From the NCBI RefSeq assembly GCF_055900595.2, contig NZ_CM148325.1: a stretch of 64,000 nucleotides of DNA; one strand, given 5' to 3'. The translations under genes and the position numbers were made by a program. The notes below the pieces were generated by a model. The model ran no database searches and had not been told where the DNA came from. It saw nothing but the letters and a program-made list of their open reading frames with translations. Positions 26,854 to 39,914 of the stretch are shown here, piece after piece (the first letter of the stretch is position 1; each line of letters starts with the position of its first letter).

Positions 26854-27489
26854 TTGGCAACTCACGAGCGTCGTGTGGTGTTTTTTGACTTAGATGGAAC
26901 ATTGCATCAGCAGGATATGTTCGGCAGTTTTATGCGTTATTTACTGCGTCGCCAACCGCTGAATGCATTACTTGTCCTGCCGTTGTTGCCGGTCATTGCC
27001 ATCGCGTTATTGATAAAAGGTCGTGCAGCACGATGGCCGATGAGTCTGCTTCTTTGGGGATGCACTTTTGGTCACAGTGAAGCGCGTTTACAGGCGTTGC
27101 AGGCCGATTTTGTGCACTGGTTTCGCGACAATGTTACCGCTTTTCCGCTTGTCCAGGAGCGTTTGACTACCTACCTGTTAAGTTCCGATGCGGATATTTG
27201 GTTGATCACAGGCTCTCCGCAGCCGCTGGTTGAAGCGGTTTATTATGATACGCCCTGGTTGCCGCGGGTTAATCTTATTGCCAGTCAGATCCAGCGGGGT
27301 TATGGCGGTTGGATATTGACGATGCGTTGTCTGGGACATGAAAAGGTCGCACAACTGGAGCGCAAAATTGGCACGCCGCTGCGGCTGTACAGTGGCTATA
27401 GCGACAGTAATCAGGACAACCCGCTGCTTTATTTCTGCCAGCATCGCTGGCGGGTAACCCCGCGTGGTGAACTCCAGCAACTGGAATAG
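26854..27489 (+). CDS. pgpC: Phosphatidylglycerophosphatase C (HAD-like), PgpC/YfhB
   Basis: 211 aa; HAD motif I FFDLDGTL; synteny. Confidence 0.88.
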   Translation: MATHERRVVFFDLDGTLHQQDMFGSFMRYLLRRQPLNALLVLPLLPVIAIALLIKGRAARWPMSLLLWGCTFGHSEARLQALQADFVHWFRDNVTAFPLVQERLTTYLLSSDADIWLITGSPQPLVEAVYYDTPWLPRVNLIASQIQRGYGGWILTMRCLGHEKVAQLERKIGTPLRLYSGYSDSNQDNPLLYFCQHRWRVTPRGELQQLE

Positions 27490-27501
27490 AGTAAAGCATA
27501 G

Positions 27502-29603
<2,102 letters not shown>

Positions 29604-29768
29604 TTAGTTAATTCTCTGTGTCGTGCGCATCCCAGCTTGAAAAAACGTAATAATAGTGAAAGGTTTACTCATAAATGAGCGGCATTTTGCGTAAACCAGC
29701 GCCAGTTGGCAACTTATTACAGCCATTGGCGGCACGCGTTGCTAATTCACAATGGTGATTTTATTTCC

Positions 29769-29784
29769 ACGCAAACGGTTTCGT
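29769..29784 (+). promoter_or_regulatory. PurR operator (pur box) in the purL leader: ACGCAAACGGTTTCGT
   Basis: Close match to PurR consensus ACGCAAACGTTTGCGT, about 80 bp upstream of purL start. Confidence 0.8.
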
Positions 29785-29860
29785 CAGCGCATCAGATTCT
29801 TTATAATGACGCCCGTTTCCCCCCCTTGGGTACACCGAAAGCTTAGAAGACGAGAGACTT

Positions 29861-32800
29861 ATGATGGAAATTCTGCGTGGTTCGCCTGCATTGTCGGCAT
29901 TCCGAATCAACAAACTGCTGGCACGTTTTCAGGCTGCCAGGCTCCCGGTTCACAATATTTACGCCGAGTATGTCCATTTTGCTGACCTCAATGCGCCGTT
30001 AAACGATGATGAGCACGCACAACTTGAACGCCTGCTGAAATATGGCCCGGCACTCGCCAGCCACGCCCCGCAAGGCAAACTCCTGCTGGTGACTCCGCGT
30101 CCTGGTACCATCTCTCCCTGGTCTTCGAAAGCGACCGATATCGCCCATAACTGCGGGCTGCAACAGGTAAACCGCCTTGAGCGCGGCGTTGCTTACTATA
30201 TAGAAGCCGGTACGCTGACCCATCAACAATGGCAGCAGGTGACCGCTGAACTGCACGACCGCATGATGGAAACGGTCTTTTCTGCTTTAGATGATGCAGA
30301 GCAGCTGTTTGCACACCATCAACCGACTCCGGTCACCAGCGTTGATTTGCTGGGGCAGGGCCGTCAGGCGCTAATCGACGCTAACCTGCGTCTTGGCCTG
30401 GCACTGGCGGAAGATGAAATTGACTATCTGCAGGATGCGTTCACAAAGCTGGGTCGTAACCCGAACGACATCGAGCTGTATATGTTCGCCCAGGCGAATT
30501 CTGAGCACTGCCGCCACAAAATTTTTAACGCCGACTGGATTATCGACGGAGAACAACAGCCGAAATCGCTGTTCAAGATGATCAAAAACACCTTCGAAAC
30601 CACGCCGGATCACGTTCTCTCGGCTTATAAAGATAACGCCGCCGTAATGGAAGGTTCTGAAGTGGGCCGCTACTTTGCTGACCACGAAACGGGCCGCTAC
30701 GATTTCCATCAGGAACCGGCGCACATTCTGATGAAAGTCGAAACCCACAACCACCCAACGGCGATTTCTCCGTGGCCGGGCGCAGCTACCGGTTCCGGCG
30801 GTGAAATTCGCGATGAAGGTGCCACCGGCCGCGGCGCGAAGCCGAAAGCTGGCCTGGTCGGTTTCTCCGTATCCAACCTGCGTATTCCTGGCTTTGAACA
30901 ACCGTGGGAAGAAGATTTCGGTAAGCCTGAGCGCATTGTCACCGCGCTGGACATCATGACAGAAGGTCCGCTGGGCGGCGCGGCATTTAACAACGAATTT
31001 GGTCGTCCGGCACTGAACGGCTACTTCCGTACCTATGAAGAAAAAGTGAACAGCCACAACGGCGAAGAGCTGCGCGGGTATCACAAACCGATCATGCTGG
31101 CGGGTGGGATCGGCAACATTCGCGCCGATCACGTACAAAAAGGTGAGATCAACGTCGGTGCGAAACTGGTCGTTCTCGGCGGCCCGGCAATGAACATCGG
31201 TCTTGGCGGCGGCGCGGCGTCTTCCATGGCGTCTGGTCAGTCTGATGCCGACCTCGACTTTGCTTCCGTACAGCGCGATAACCCGGAGATGGAGCGTCGC
31301 TGTCAGGAAGTGATCGACCGTTGCTGGCAGCTTGGTGATGCTAACCCAATTCTGTTTATCCACGACGTCGGCGCAGGCGGTCTTTCTAACGCGATGCCGG
31401 AACTGGTGAGCGACGGCGGACGCGGCGGTAAATTCGAACTGCGCGATATTCTGAGCGACGAACCGGGCATGAGCCCGCTGGAAATCTGGTGTAACGAATC
31501 CCAGGAACGCTACGTGCTGGCGGTTGCTGCCGATCAGTTACCGCTGTTTGACGAACTGTGTAAGCGTGAACGCGCGCCCTACGCGGTGATTGGTGAAGCG
31601 ACCGAAGAACTGCATCTTTCTCTGCACGATCGTCATTTTGATAATCAGCCGATCGATCTGCCGCTGGACGTCCTGCTTGGTAAAACGCCGAAGATGACCC
31701 GCGATGTGCAAACGCTGAAAGCGAAAGGCGACGCGCTGGCCCGTGAAGGGATCACCATTGCAGACGCGGTGAAACGTGTGCTGCATCTGCCGACTGTGGC
31801 GGAAAAAACCTTCCTGGTGACCATTGGCGACCGCAGCGTAACCGGTATGGTGGCGCGCGATCAGATGGTGGGGCCGTGGCAGGTGCCGGTCGCTAACTGC
31901 GCGGTCACTACCGCCAGCCTCGACAGCTACTACGGCGAAGCGATGGCAATTGGCGAACGTGCGCCGGTTGCACTGCTGGATTTCGCCGCCTCTGCCCGTC
32001 TGGCGGTCGGTGAAGCGTTAACCAATATTGCCGCAACGCAGATTGGCGATATCAAACGCATTAAACTTTCCGCCAACTGGATGGCGGCGGCAGGCCACCC
32101 TGGTGAAGATGCAGGCCTGTATGAAGCCGTTAAAGCGGTGGGCGAAGAGCTTTGTCCGGCGCTGGGCCTGACGATTCCGGTGGGTAAAGACTCCATGTCG
32201 ATGAAAACCCGCTGGCAGGAAGGTAGCGAAGAGCGCGAAATGACCTCGCCGCTTTCGCTGGTGATTTCTGCATTTGCCCGCGTGGAAGATGTACGTCACA
32301 CCATCACGCCGCAGCTTTCTACCGAAGATAACGCACTGCTGCTGATTGATTTAGGCAAAGGCAATAACGCGCTGGGCGCAACGGCGCTGGCGCAGGTTTA
32401 TCGTCAGCTTGGCGACAAACCGGCAGATGTACGCGATGTCGCGCAACTGAAAGGCTTCTATGACGCGGTTCAGGCGCTGGTAGCACAGCGTAAGCTGCTC
32501 GCGTACCACGACCGCTCTGATGGCGGCCTGCTGGTAACGCTGGCGGAAATGGCCTTTGCTGGTCATTGCGGCATTGACGCGGATATCGCCACTCTGGGTG
32601 ACGATCGCCTGGCGGCGTTGTTTAACGAAGAACTGGGTGCGGTGATTCAGGTTCGAGCCGCTGACCGTAAAGCAGTTGAAGCGGTACTGGCACAGCATGG
32701 GCTTGCTGATTGCGTCCATTATGTTGGCCAGGCGGTTTCCGGTGACCGTTTTGTGATTACCGCCAACGGGCAGACTGTATTCAGCGAAAGCCGCACTACG

Positions 32801-33748
32801 TTGCGTGTCTGGTGGGCAGAAACTACCTGGCAGATGCAGCGCCTGCGTGACAATCCGGAGTGTGCCGATCAGGAACATCAGGCGAAATCTAACGACGCCG
32901 ATCCGGGCCTGAATGTGAAACTGTCGTTTGATATCAACGAAGATGTGGCAGCACCGTATATTGCCACTGGTGCGCGTCCGAAAGTTGCCGTGCTGCGTGA
33001 GCAGGGGGTGAACTCGCATGTTGAAATGGCGGCAGCTTTCCACCGTGCAGGCTTCGATGCAATCGATGTGCATATGAGCGACCTGCTGGCTGGACGCACG
33101 GGCCTGGAGGATTTCCACGCTCTGGTAGCGTGCGGCGGTTTCTCCTACGGTGATGTGCTGGGTGCTGGTGAAGGTTGGGCGAAGTCTATCCTGTTCAATG
33201 ACCGTGTACGCGATGAGTTTGCAACCTTCTTCCACCGTCCGCAAACGCTGGCGCTGGGGGTATGTAACGGTTGCCAGATGATGTCTAACCTACGTGAACT
33301 GATCCCAGGTAGCGAGTTGTGGCCACGTTTCGTGCGTAACACCTCCGATCGCTTTGAAGCGCGTTTCAGCCTGGTAGAAGTGACACAAAGCCCGTCGCTG
33401 CTGTTGCAAGGGATGGTGGGTTCGCAGATGCCGATTGCTGTCTCTCACGGCGAAGGACGCGTGGAAGTGCGCGATGCGGCGCATCTGGCGGCACTGGAAA
33501 GCAAAGGGCTGGTGGCACTGCGCTATGTCGATAACTTCGGCAAAGTCACTGAAACCTACCCGGCTAACCCGAACGGTTCTCCGAATGGTATTACGGCGGT
33601 CACGACTGAAAATGGTCGAGTCACCATTATGATGCCGCACCCGGAACGTGTTTTCCGTACTGTCAGTAACTCCTGGCATCCGGAAAACTGGGGCGAGGAT
33701 GGCCCATGGATGCGTATTTTCCGCAATGCGCGTAAGCAGTTGGGGTAA
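29861..33748 (+). CDS. purL: Phosphoribosylformylglycinamidine synthase (FGAM synthase, large single-chain form)
   Basis: 1295 aa; C-terminal glutamine amidotransferase domain with catalytic Cys (GVCNGCQ). Confidence 0.97.
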   Translation: MMEILRGSPALSAFRINKLLARFQAARLPVHNIYAEYVHFADLNAPLNDDEHAQLERLLKYGPALASHAPQGKLLLVTPRPGTISPWSSKATDIAHNCGLQQVNRLERGVAYYIEAGTLTHQQWQQVTAELHDRMMETVFSALDDAEQLFAHHQPTPVTSVDLLGQGRQALIDANLRLGLALAEDEIDYLQDAFTKLGRNPNDIELYMFAQANSEHCRHKIFNADWIIDGEQQPKSLFKMIKNTFETTPDHVLSAYKDNAAVMEGSEVGRYFADHETGRYDFHQEPAHILMKVETHNHPTAISPWPGAATGSGGEIRDEGATGRGAKPKAGLVGFSVSNLRIPGFEQPWEEDFGKPERIVTALDIMTEGPLGGAAFNNEFGRPALNGYFRTYEEKVNSHNGEELRGYHKPIMLAGGIGNIRADHVQKGEINVGAKLVVLGGPAMNIGLGGGAASSMASGQSDADLDFASVQRDNPEMERRCQEVIDRCWQLGDANPILFIHDVGAGGLSNAMPELVSDGGRGGKFELRDILSDEPGMSPLEIWCNESQERYVLAVAADQLPLFDELCKRERAPYAVIGEATEELHLSLHDRHFDNQPIDLPLDVLLGKTPKMTRDVQTLKAKGDALAREGITIADAVKRVLHLPTVAEKTFLVTIGDRSVTGMVARDQMVGPWQVPVANCAVTTASLDSYYGEAMAIGERAPVALLDFAASARLAVGEALTNIAATQIGDIKRIKLSANWMAAAGHPGEDAGLYEAVKAVGEELCPALGLTIPVGKDSMSMKTRWQEGSEEREMTSPLSLVISAFARVEDVRHTITPQLSTEDNALLLIDLGKGNNALGATALAQVYRQLGDKPADVRDVAQLKGFYDAVQALVAQRKLLAYHDRSDGGLLVTLAEMAFAGHCGIDADIATLGDDRLAALFNEELGAVIQVRAADRKAVEAVLAQHGLADCVHYVGQAVSGDRFVITANGQTVFSESRTTLRVWWAETTWQMQRLRDNPECADQEHQAKSNDADPGLNVKLSFDINEDVAAPYIATGARPKVAVLREQGVNSHVEMAAAFHRAGFDAIDVHMSDLLAGRTGLEDFHALVACGGFSYGDVLGAGEGWAKSILFNDRVRDEFATFFHRPQTLALGVCNGCQMMSNLRELIPGSELWPRFVRNTSDRFEARFSLVEVTQSPSLLLQGMVGSQMPIAVSHGEGRVEVRDAAHLAALESKGLVALRYVDNFGKVTETYPANPNGSPNGITAVTTENGRVTIMMPHPERVFRTVSNSWHPENWGEDGPWMRIFRNARKQLG

Positions 33749-33825
33749 GTCGTCAAGCTATTGGTTTTGCTGCCTGGCTGTGGCATTCACGCCGCATCCG
33801 GCATTAAACGCCAACCACTATCATA

Positions 33826-33851
33826 AGCTCCCAGCTCCGGGAGCTTTTTTT
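33826..33851 (+). terminator. Rho-independent terminator after purL
   Basis: Hairpin AGCTCCC-n-GGGAGCT followed by T7. Confidence 0.75.
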
Positions 33852-33852
33852 G

Positions 33853-33966
33853 TGTCTGTAAATCACGACAATGGGTGGTTTACCGTGTCGCTTTTTGACG
33901 ACATTTTATTGATTGATTTTATTGTAATTTAATAAGTTTATCTTAAGTTGTCTCTTTTTGGCGACA
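33853..33966 (+). promoter_or_regulatory. Three GlrR (QseF) activator sites TGTC-N10-GACA upstream of glmY (33853..33870, 33886..33903, 33949..33966)
   Basis: Three exact TGTC-N10-GACA motifs upstream of a sigma54 promoter. Confidence 0.8.
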
Positions 33967-34055
33967 CAATGGCTGATTTACAGCCAAATAGCGAAGAAGT
34001 CATTAACCCATCAAAACAACGTATAATCAGTACGTTACCAAACTATTTTATTTAT

Positions 34056-34071
34056 TGGCACAGTTACTGCA
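34056..34071 (+). promoter_or_regulatory. Sigma54 promoter of glmY (TGGCAC-N5-CTGCA)
   Basis: -24 GG / -12 GC elements with canonical spacing immediately upstream of the glmY 5' end. Confidence 0.8.
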
Positions 34072-34082
34072 TAATAGTCATC

Positions 34083-34268
34083 AGTGGCTCATTCACCGAC
34101 TTATGTCAGCCCCTTCGGGACGTGCTACATAAAATTCGAATGACGCACAACAAGGTGCCTGCCGTCCAACTTCTGATATCAGCTTAGCTATATCAACCCT
34201 CGGGCGAAACGTCGAGTTAGGCACCGCCTTATTCCATAACAAAGCCGGGTTATTCCCGGCTTTGTTGT
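34083..34268 (+). ncRNA. glmY: Small RNA GlmY (controls GlmZ/glmS via RapZ)
   Basis: Sequence recognised (AGUGGCUCAUUCACCGACUUAUGUCAGCCCCUUCGGGAC...); ends in terminator AAAGCCGGG-n-CCCGGCUUUGUUGU; lies between purL and glrK. Confidence 0.85.
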
Positions 34269-34324
34269 ATCTGAACTTCCCCTCGGTTAGCATCAGGCTA
34301 TTCGCGTCTGACGAGAGTAACACC

Positions 34325-35752
34325 TTGAAACGCTGGCCCGTTTTTCCCCGCTCATTACGACAACTGGTAATGCTGGCATTTTTGCTGATTCTGCTACCCC
34401 TGTTGGTGCTGGCATGGCAAGCCTGGCAAAGCCTGAATGCGCTTAGCGATCAGGCGGCGCTGGTTAACCGCACTACGCTTATTGATGCCCGGCGCAGTGA
34501 AGCGATGACCAACGCGGCGCTGGAGATGGAGCGTAGCTACCGTCAGTATTGCGTGCTGGACGACCCAACTCTGGCGAAGGTTTATCAAAGCCAGCGCAAG
34601 CGTTACAGCGAAATGCTCGATGCCCACGCAGGCGTACTGCCGGACGATAAACTTTACCAGGCATTGCGTCAGGATTTGAACAATCTGGCTCAACTTCAGT
34701 GTAACAACAGCGGTCCCGATGCTGCTGCCGCCGCGCGTCTGGAAGCCTTTGCCAGTGCCAATACCGAAATGGTACAGGCCACGCGCACAGTGGTGTTCTC
34801 TCGCGGACAGCAGCTTCAGCGTGAAATCGCCGAACGTGGGCAATATTTTGGTTGGCAATCGCTGGTGTTATTTCTGGTAAGTCTGGTGATGGTACTGCTC
34901 TTCACGCGGATGATTATCGGCCCGGTGAAAAATATTGAACGGATGATCAACCGTCTGGGGGAAGGGCGTTCTCTGGGCAATAGCGTTTCGTTCAGTGGAC
35001 CGAGTGAGTTACGCTCGGTTGGGCAACGTATTCTCTGGTTAAGCGAACGCCTGTCATGGCTGGAATCCCAGCGCCATCAATTTTTAAGACATTTATCTCA
35101 TGAATTAAAAACGCCGCTGGCGAGTATGCGCGAGGGCACTGAATTACTGGCTGACCAGGTTGTCGGGCCGCTTACGCCCGAGCAAAAAGAGGTGGTGAGC
35201 ATCCTTGATAGCAGCAGCCGCAATTTGCAAAAACTGATCGAACAACTGCTTGATTACAACCGTAAACAGGCGGACGGCGCGGTGGAACTGGAGAGTGTAG
35301 AGCTGGCACCGCTGGTGGAAATGGTGGTTTCTGCTCATAGCCTGCCCGCACGGGCTAAAATGATGCATACCGACGTCGATCTCAAAGCAACTGTTTGCCT
35401 GGCGGAGCCAATGCTGCTGATGAGCGTACTGGATAATCTTTACTCCAATGCGGTGCACTACGGGGCTGAATCCGGTAACATTTGCCTTCGCAGCAGTTTA
35501 CATGGCGCGCGGGTTTATATTGATGTCATCAATACAGGCACACCCATTCCGCAAGAGGAACGCGCCATGATCTTCGAACCCTTTTTTCAGGGAAGCCACC
35601 AGCGAAAAGGGGCGGTGAAGGGCAGCGGTCTGGGATTAAGCATTGCCAGGGATTGTATTCGCCGTATGCAGGGGGAACTGTATCTGGTCGACGAGAGCGG
35701 GCAAGAGGTTTGCTTCCGCATTGAATTACCGTCGTCGAAAAACACGAAATAA
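34325..35752 (+). CDS. glrK: Sensor histidine kinase GlrK (QseE/YfhK)
   Basis: 475 aa if started at TTG 34325 (MKRWPVFPRSL...); H-box HELKTPL; HATPase domain. Confidence 0.88.
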   Translation: MKRWPVFPRSLRQLVMLAFLLILLPLLVLAWQAWQSLNALSDQAALVNRTTLIDARRSEAMTNAALEMERSYRQYCVLDDPTLAKVYQSQRKRYSEMLDAHAGVLPDDKLYQALRQDLNNLAQLQCNNSGPDAAAAARLEAFASANTEMVQATRTVVFSRGQQLQREIAERGQYFGWQSLVLFLVSLVMVLLFTRMIIGPVKNIERMINRLGEGRSLGNSVSFSGPSELRSVGQRILWLSERLSWLESQRHQFLRHLSHELKTPLASMREGTELLADQVVGPLTPEQKEVVSILDSSSRNLQKLIEQLLDYNRKQADGAVELESVELAPLVEMVVSAHSLPARAKMMHTDVDLKATVCLAEPMLLMSVLDNLYSNAVHYGAESGNICLRSSLHGARVYIDVINTGTPIPQEERAMIFEPFFQGSHQRKGAVKGSGLGLSIARDCIRRMQGELYLVDESGQEVCFRIELPSSKNTK

Positions 35753-35916
35753 TGTTAAGAGCCTATCCCATCAGGCTATTTTATTTGCCAGTTTGGCCCC
35801 GTGCAGTGCGCGAAATCATTACGTACTACGTGTACGCTCCGGTTTCTCCGCGCTGTCCATGTCCAAACTGCCTGCAACAATTACGCCCACTGGGGTAGGT
35901 TTTAAGTCTGGTGAAT

Positions 35917-36630
35917 ATGCGACACATTTTTCAACGATTATTGCCCCGACGGCTATGGCTGGCAGGGCTGCCATGTCTGGCATTGCTGGGTTGCGTGCAG
36001 AGTCACAATAAGCCAGCTATTGATACGCCAGCAGAAGAAAAAATTCCGGTTTATCAACTGGCTGACTATCTTTCTACTGAATGTAGCGACATCTGGGCAC
36101 TGCAAGGTAAGTCAACCGAAACCAATCCGCTTTACTGGCTGCGGGCGATGGATTGTGCTGATCGTTTAATGCCTGCGCAGTCGCGGCAGCAAGCCCGCCA
36201 ATATGACGACGGCAGCTGGCAAAATACCTTCAAACAAGGGATTTTGCTCGCCGACGCCAAAATTACGCCTTATGAGCGCCGCCAGCTGGTCGCGCGCATT
36301 GATGCGTTAAGTACCGAGATCCCGGCACAGGTTCGCCCACTGTATCAACTCTGGCGCGACGGTCAGGCGCTGCAACTGCAACTGGCGGAAGAGCGCCAAC
36401 GCTACAGCAAACTCCAGCAGTCCAGCGACAGCGAACTGGATACTTTGCGCCAGCAACATCACGTTCTACAGCAGCAACTGGAGCTCACCACCCGCAAGCT
36501 GGAAAATCTGACCGATATTGAACGTCAGCTCTCTACCCGCAAACCGGCTGGCAATTTCTCGCCGGATACGCCGCACGAGAGTGAAAAGCCCGCGCCATCT
36601 ACCCATGAGGTCACTCCTGATGAGCCATAA
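35917..36630 (+). CDS. qseG: Lipoprotein QseG (YfhG/GlrP), accessory to the GlrK-GlrR system
   Basis: 237 aa; signal peptide with lipobox LLGC; Gln-rich coiled-coil region; 11-bp overlap with glrR. Confidence 0.85.
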   Translation: MRHIFQRLLPRRLWLAGLPCLALLGCVQSHNKPAIDTPAEEKIPVYQLADYLSTECSDIWALQGKSTETNPLYWLRAMDCADRLMPAQSRQQARQYDDGSWQNTFKQGILLADAKITPYERRQLVARIDALSTEIPAQVRPLYQLWRDGQALQLQLAEERQRYSKLQQSSDSELDTLRQQHHVLQQQLELTTRKLENLTDIERQLSTRKPAGNFSPDTPHESEKPAPSTHEVTPDEP

Positions 36631-37954
36631 ACCTGCGCATTTATTACTGGTCGATGACGATCCAGGATTGCTGAAACTGCTTGGTCTGCGTCTGACCAGC
36701 GAAGGTTATAGCGTGGTTACGGCGGAAAGTGGAGCTGAAGGATTGCGGATACTGAATCGTGAAAAAGTAGATTTAGTCATCAGCGATCTGCGGATGGATG
36801 AAATGGATGGTATGCAACTGTTTGCCGAAATCCAGAAAGTGCAGCCAGGTATGCCAGTAATCATCCTCACCGCGCATGGTTCCATTCCCGATGCCGTTGC
36901 CGCGACACAGCAGGGCGTGTTCAGTTTCCTCACCAAGCCTGTCGATAAAGACGCGCTGTATCAGGCAATTGACGATGCGCTGGAGCAATCAGCCCCCACT
37001 ACCGACGAACGCTGGCGCGAGGCGATTGTCACCCGCAGCCCGCTGATGCTGCGTTTGCTGGAACAGGCGAGGCTGGTGGCGCAGTCAGATGTTAGCGTTT
37101 TGATTAACGGTCAGAGCGGTACCGGGAAAGAGATTTTTGCCCAGGCGATCCACAACGCCAGCCCGCGCAACAGCAAACCGTTTATTGCTATTAACTGTGG
37201 CGCATTGCCCGAGCAATTGCTGGAGTCAGAGCTGTTTGGTCATGCGCGTGGCGCGTTTACTGGCGCTGTCAGCAATCGTGAAGGTTTATTCCAGGCGGCG
37301 GAAGGCGGTACGCTGTTTCTCGATGAGATTGGCGACATGCCCGCACCGTTGCAGGTCAAACTGCTACGCGTGTTGCAGGAGCGCAAAGTGCGCCCGCTGG
37401 GCAGCAACCGCGATATTGATATCGACGTGCGGATTATTTCCGCCACTCACCGTGACCTGCCAAAGGCGATGGCGCGCGGGGAATTCCGTGAAGATCTCTA
37501 CTATCGCCTCAACGTTGTCAGTCTGAAAATTCCGGCATTGGCGGAGCGCACAGAAGACATTCCGCTACTGGCAAACCACTTATTGCGCCAGGCGGCAGAG
37601 CGACATAAACCGTTTGTCCGCGCATTCTCCACCGATGCAATGAAACGACTGATGACCGCGAGCTGGCCGGGTAATGTGCGCCAGTTGGTCAACGTGATTG
37701 AACAGTGCGTGGCGCTAACATCATCTCCGGTGATTAGTGATGCGTTAGTCGAGCAGGCGCTGGAGGGCGAAAATACGGCTCTGCCAACCTTTGTTGAGGC
37801 GCGTAATCAGTTTGAACTCAACTACTTGCGTAAGCTGCTGCAAATCACCAAAGGGAATGTCACCCACGCGGCGAGAATGGCGGGGCGCAACCGGACAGAA
37901 TTTTATAAACTGCTTTCCCGACACGAGCTGGATGCAAACGATTTCAAGGAATGA
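36620..37954 (+). CDS. glrR: Sigma54-dependent response regulator GlrR (QseF/YfhA)
   Basis: 444 aa; receiver domain, AAA+ sigma54-interaction domain ([15 protein letters not shown]), C-terminal HTH. Confidence 0.93.
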   Translation: MSHKPAHLLLVDDDPGLLKLLGLRLTSEGYSVVTAESGAEGLRILNREKVDLVISDLRMDEMDGMQLFAEIQKVQPGMPVIILTAHGSIPDAVAATQQGVFSFLTKPVDKDALYQAIDDALEQSAPTTDERWREAIVTRSPLMLRLLEQARLVAQSDVSVLINGQSGTGKEIFAQAIHNASPRNSKPFIAINCGALPEQLLESELFGHARGAFTGAVSNREGLFQAAEGGTLFLDEIGDMPAPLQVKLLRVLQERKVRPLGSNRDIDIDVRIISATHRDLPKAMARGEFREDLYYRLNVVSLKIPALAERTEDIPLLANHLLRQAAERHKPFVRAFSTDAMKRLMTASWPGNVRQLVNVIEQCVALTSSPVISDALVEQALEGENTALPTFVEARNQFELNYLRKLLQITKGNVTHAARMAGRNRTEFYKLLSRHELDANDFKE

Positions 37955-37978
37955 ATCGGCGTAATGTGTTACGTTTAG

Positions 37979-38353
<375 letters not shown>

Positions 38354-38365
38354 ACCGCGTCAGGG

Positions 38366-38390
38366 TTGCCGGATGTCTCCATCCGGCAAC
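38366..38390. terminator. Shared hairpin terminator between convergent glnB and hmp
   Basis: GTTGCCGGATG-n-CATCCGGCAAC inverted repeat. Confidence 0.65.
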
Positions 38391-38396
38391 CTCAAA

Positions 38397-39587
38397 TCAC
38401 AGCACTTTATGCGGGCCAAAGCATTCGTAATGAATGTTTTCCTGTTTCACACCCAGGTCCACTAACTGTTTCGCGGCAAACTGCATGAAGCCAACCGGGC
38501 CGCAGAGATAGAACTGCATTGTCGGATCGCTGAACGCACCTTCCAGTTTGCTCAAATCCATCAGACCTTCGCTATCAAACTGACCTTTAGCGCGATCGGC
38601 TTCGCTTGGCTGACGATACCAGGTGTGCGCGGTAAAGCGCGGCAGTGCTTGCCCCAGTTCCTTAACTTCATCGGCAAAGGCGTGAACATCGCCATTTTCT
38701 GCCGCATGGAACCAGTTCACTTGTGCGGTGTGGCCTGCTTTTGCCAGCGTGTCGAGCATTGCCAGCATTGGCGTCTGGCCGACACCGGCAGAGATTAACG
38801 TCACTGGTGTGTCATCTGCGACAGCCATAAAGAAATCACCTGCCGGAGCGACCAGTTTCACGACATCGCCAACATTGGCGTGATTGTGCAGCCAGTTGGA
38901 TACCTGCCCGCCATCTTCGCGTTTCACCGCAATACGATAGCCTTTGCCATCCGGTTTGCGAGTCAAAGAGTACTGACGAATTTCCTGATGCGGGAAACCT
39001 TCCGGCTTCAGCCAGACGCCGAGATATTGCCCCGGACGGTATTCTGCCACTGCGCCACCGTCGACCGGCTCCAGTTCGAAGCTGGTGATAAGCGCGCTGC
39101 GCGGTGTTTTAGCCACAATGCGGAAATCGCGAGTACCTTCCCAGCCACCGGCTTTGCTGGCGTTTTCGTTATAGATTTCCGCCTCGCGATTGATAAATAC
39201 ATTAGCCAGTACGCCATAGGCTTTACCCCACGCGTCCAGCACTTCCTGGCCCGGGCTGAACATTTCGTCCAGCGTCGCCAACAGGTGTTCGCCGACAATG
39301 TTGTACTGTTCCGGTTTGATCTGGAAACTGGTGTGCTTCTGGGCGATTTTTTCTACCGCTGGCAGCAGCGCAGGCAGGTTTTCAATATTACTGGCGTAGG
39401 CGGCAATAGCGTTAAACAGGGCTTCACGTTGATCGCCATTACGCTGGTTACTCATGTTAAAAATTTCTTTGAGTTCTGGGTTATGAGTAAACATACGGTC
39501 GTAGAAATGGGCGGTTAACTTTGGCCCTGTTTCCACCAGTAAAGGGATGGTGGCTTTTACTGTAGCGATGGTTTGAGCGTCAAGCAT
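38397..39587 (-). CDS. hmp: Flavohemoglobin (nitric oxide dioxygenase)
   Basis: 396 aa from Met at 39587; N-terminal globin domain, C-terminal FAD/NAD-binding reductase. Confidence 0.95.
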   Translation of the reverse strand: MLDAQTIATVKATIPLLVETGPKLTAHFYDRMFTHNPELKEIFNMSNQRNGDQREALFNAIAAYASNIENLPALLPAVEKIAQKHTSFQIKPEQYNIVGEHLLATLDEMFSPGQEVLDAWGKAYGVLANVFINREAEIYNENASKAGGWEGTRDFRIVAKTPRSALITSFELEPVDGGAVAEYRPGQYLGVWLKPEGFPHQEIRQYSLTRKPDGKGYRIAVKREDGGQVSNWLHNHANVGDVVKLVAPAGDFFMAVADDTPVTLISAGVGQTPMLAMLDTLAKAGHTAQVNWFHAAENGDVHAFADEVKELGQALPRFTAHTWYRQPSEADRAKGQFDSEGLMDLSKLEGAFSDPTMQFYLCGPVGFMQFAAKQLVDLGVKQENIHYECFGPHKVL

Positions 39588-39615
39588 ATGGTCTTCCTTT
39601 TTTTGCATCTTAATT

Positions 39616-39636
39616 GATGTATCTCAAATGCATCTT
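39616..39636 (-). promoter_or_regulatory. NsrR operator in the hmp promoter (AAGATGCATTTGAGATACATC palindrome)
   Basis: Inverted repeat matching the NsrR 11-1-11 consensus, about 30 bp upstream of hmp start. Confidence 0.75.
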
Positions 39637-39914
39637 ATAAAAAATAGCCCTGCAATGTAAATGGTTCTTTGGTGTTTTTCAGAAAGAATGTGATGAAGTG
39701 AAAAATTTGCATCACAAACCTGAAAAGAAATCCGTTTACGGTTGCAAGCTCTTTATTCTCCAAAGCCTTGCGCAGCCTGAAGGTAATCGTTTGCGTAAAT
39801 TCCTTTGTCAAGACCTGTTATCGCACAATGATTCGGTTATACTGTTCGCCGTTGTCCAACAGGACCGCCTATAAAGGCCGAAAATTTTATTGTTAGCTGA
39901 GTCAGGAGATGCGG

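Noticed and set aside
30371-31363. 330-aa and 297-aa (32351..33244) minus-strand ORFs inside purL
   Set aside because: Fully embedded antisense to purL; Arg/Val-rich low-complexity translation typical of non-coding antisense frames.
33948-34323. 79-aa and 76-aa ORFs in the purL-glrK spacer
   Set aside because: They cover the GlmY sRNA and its promoter; the region is better explained as a non-coding RNA gene.
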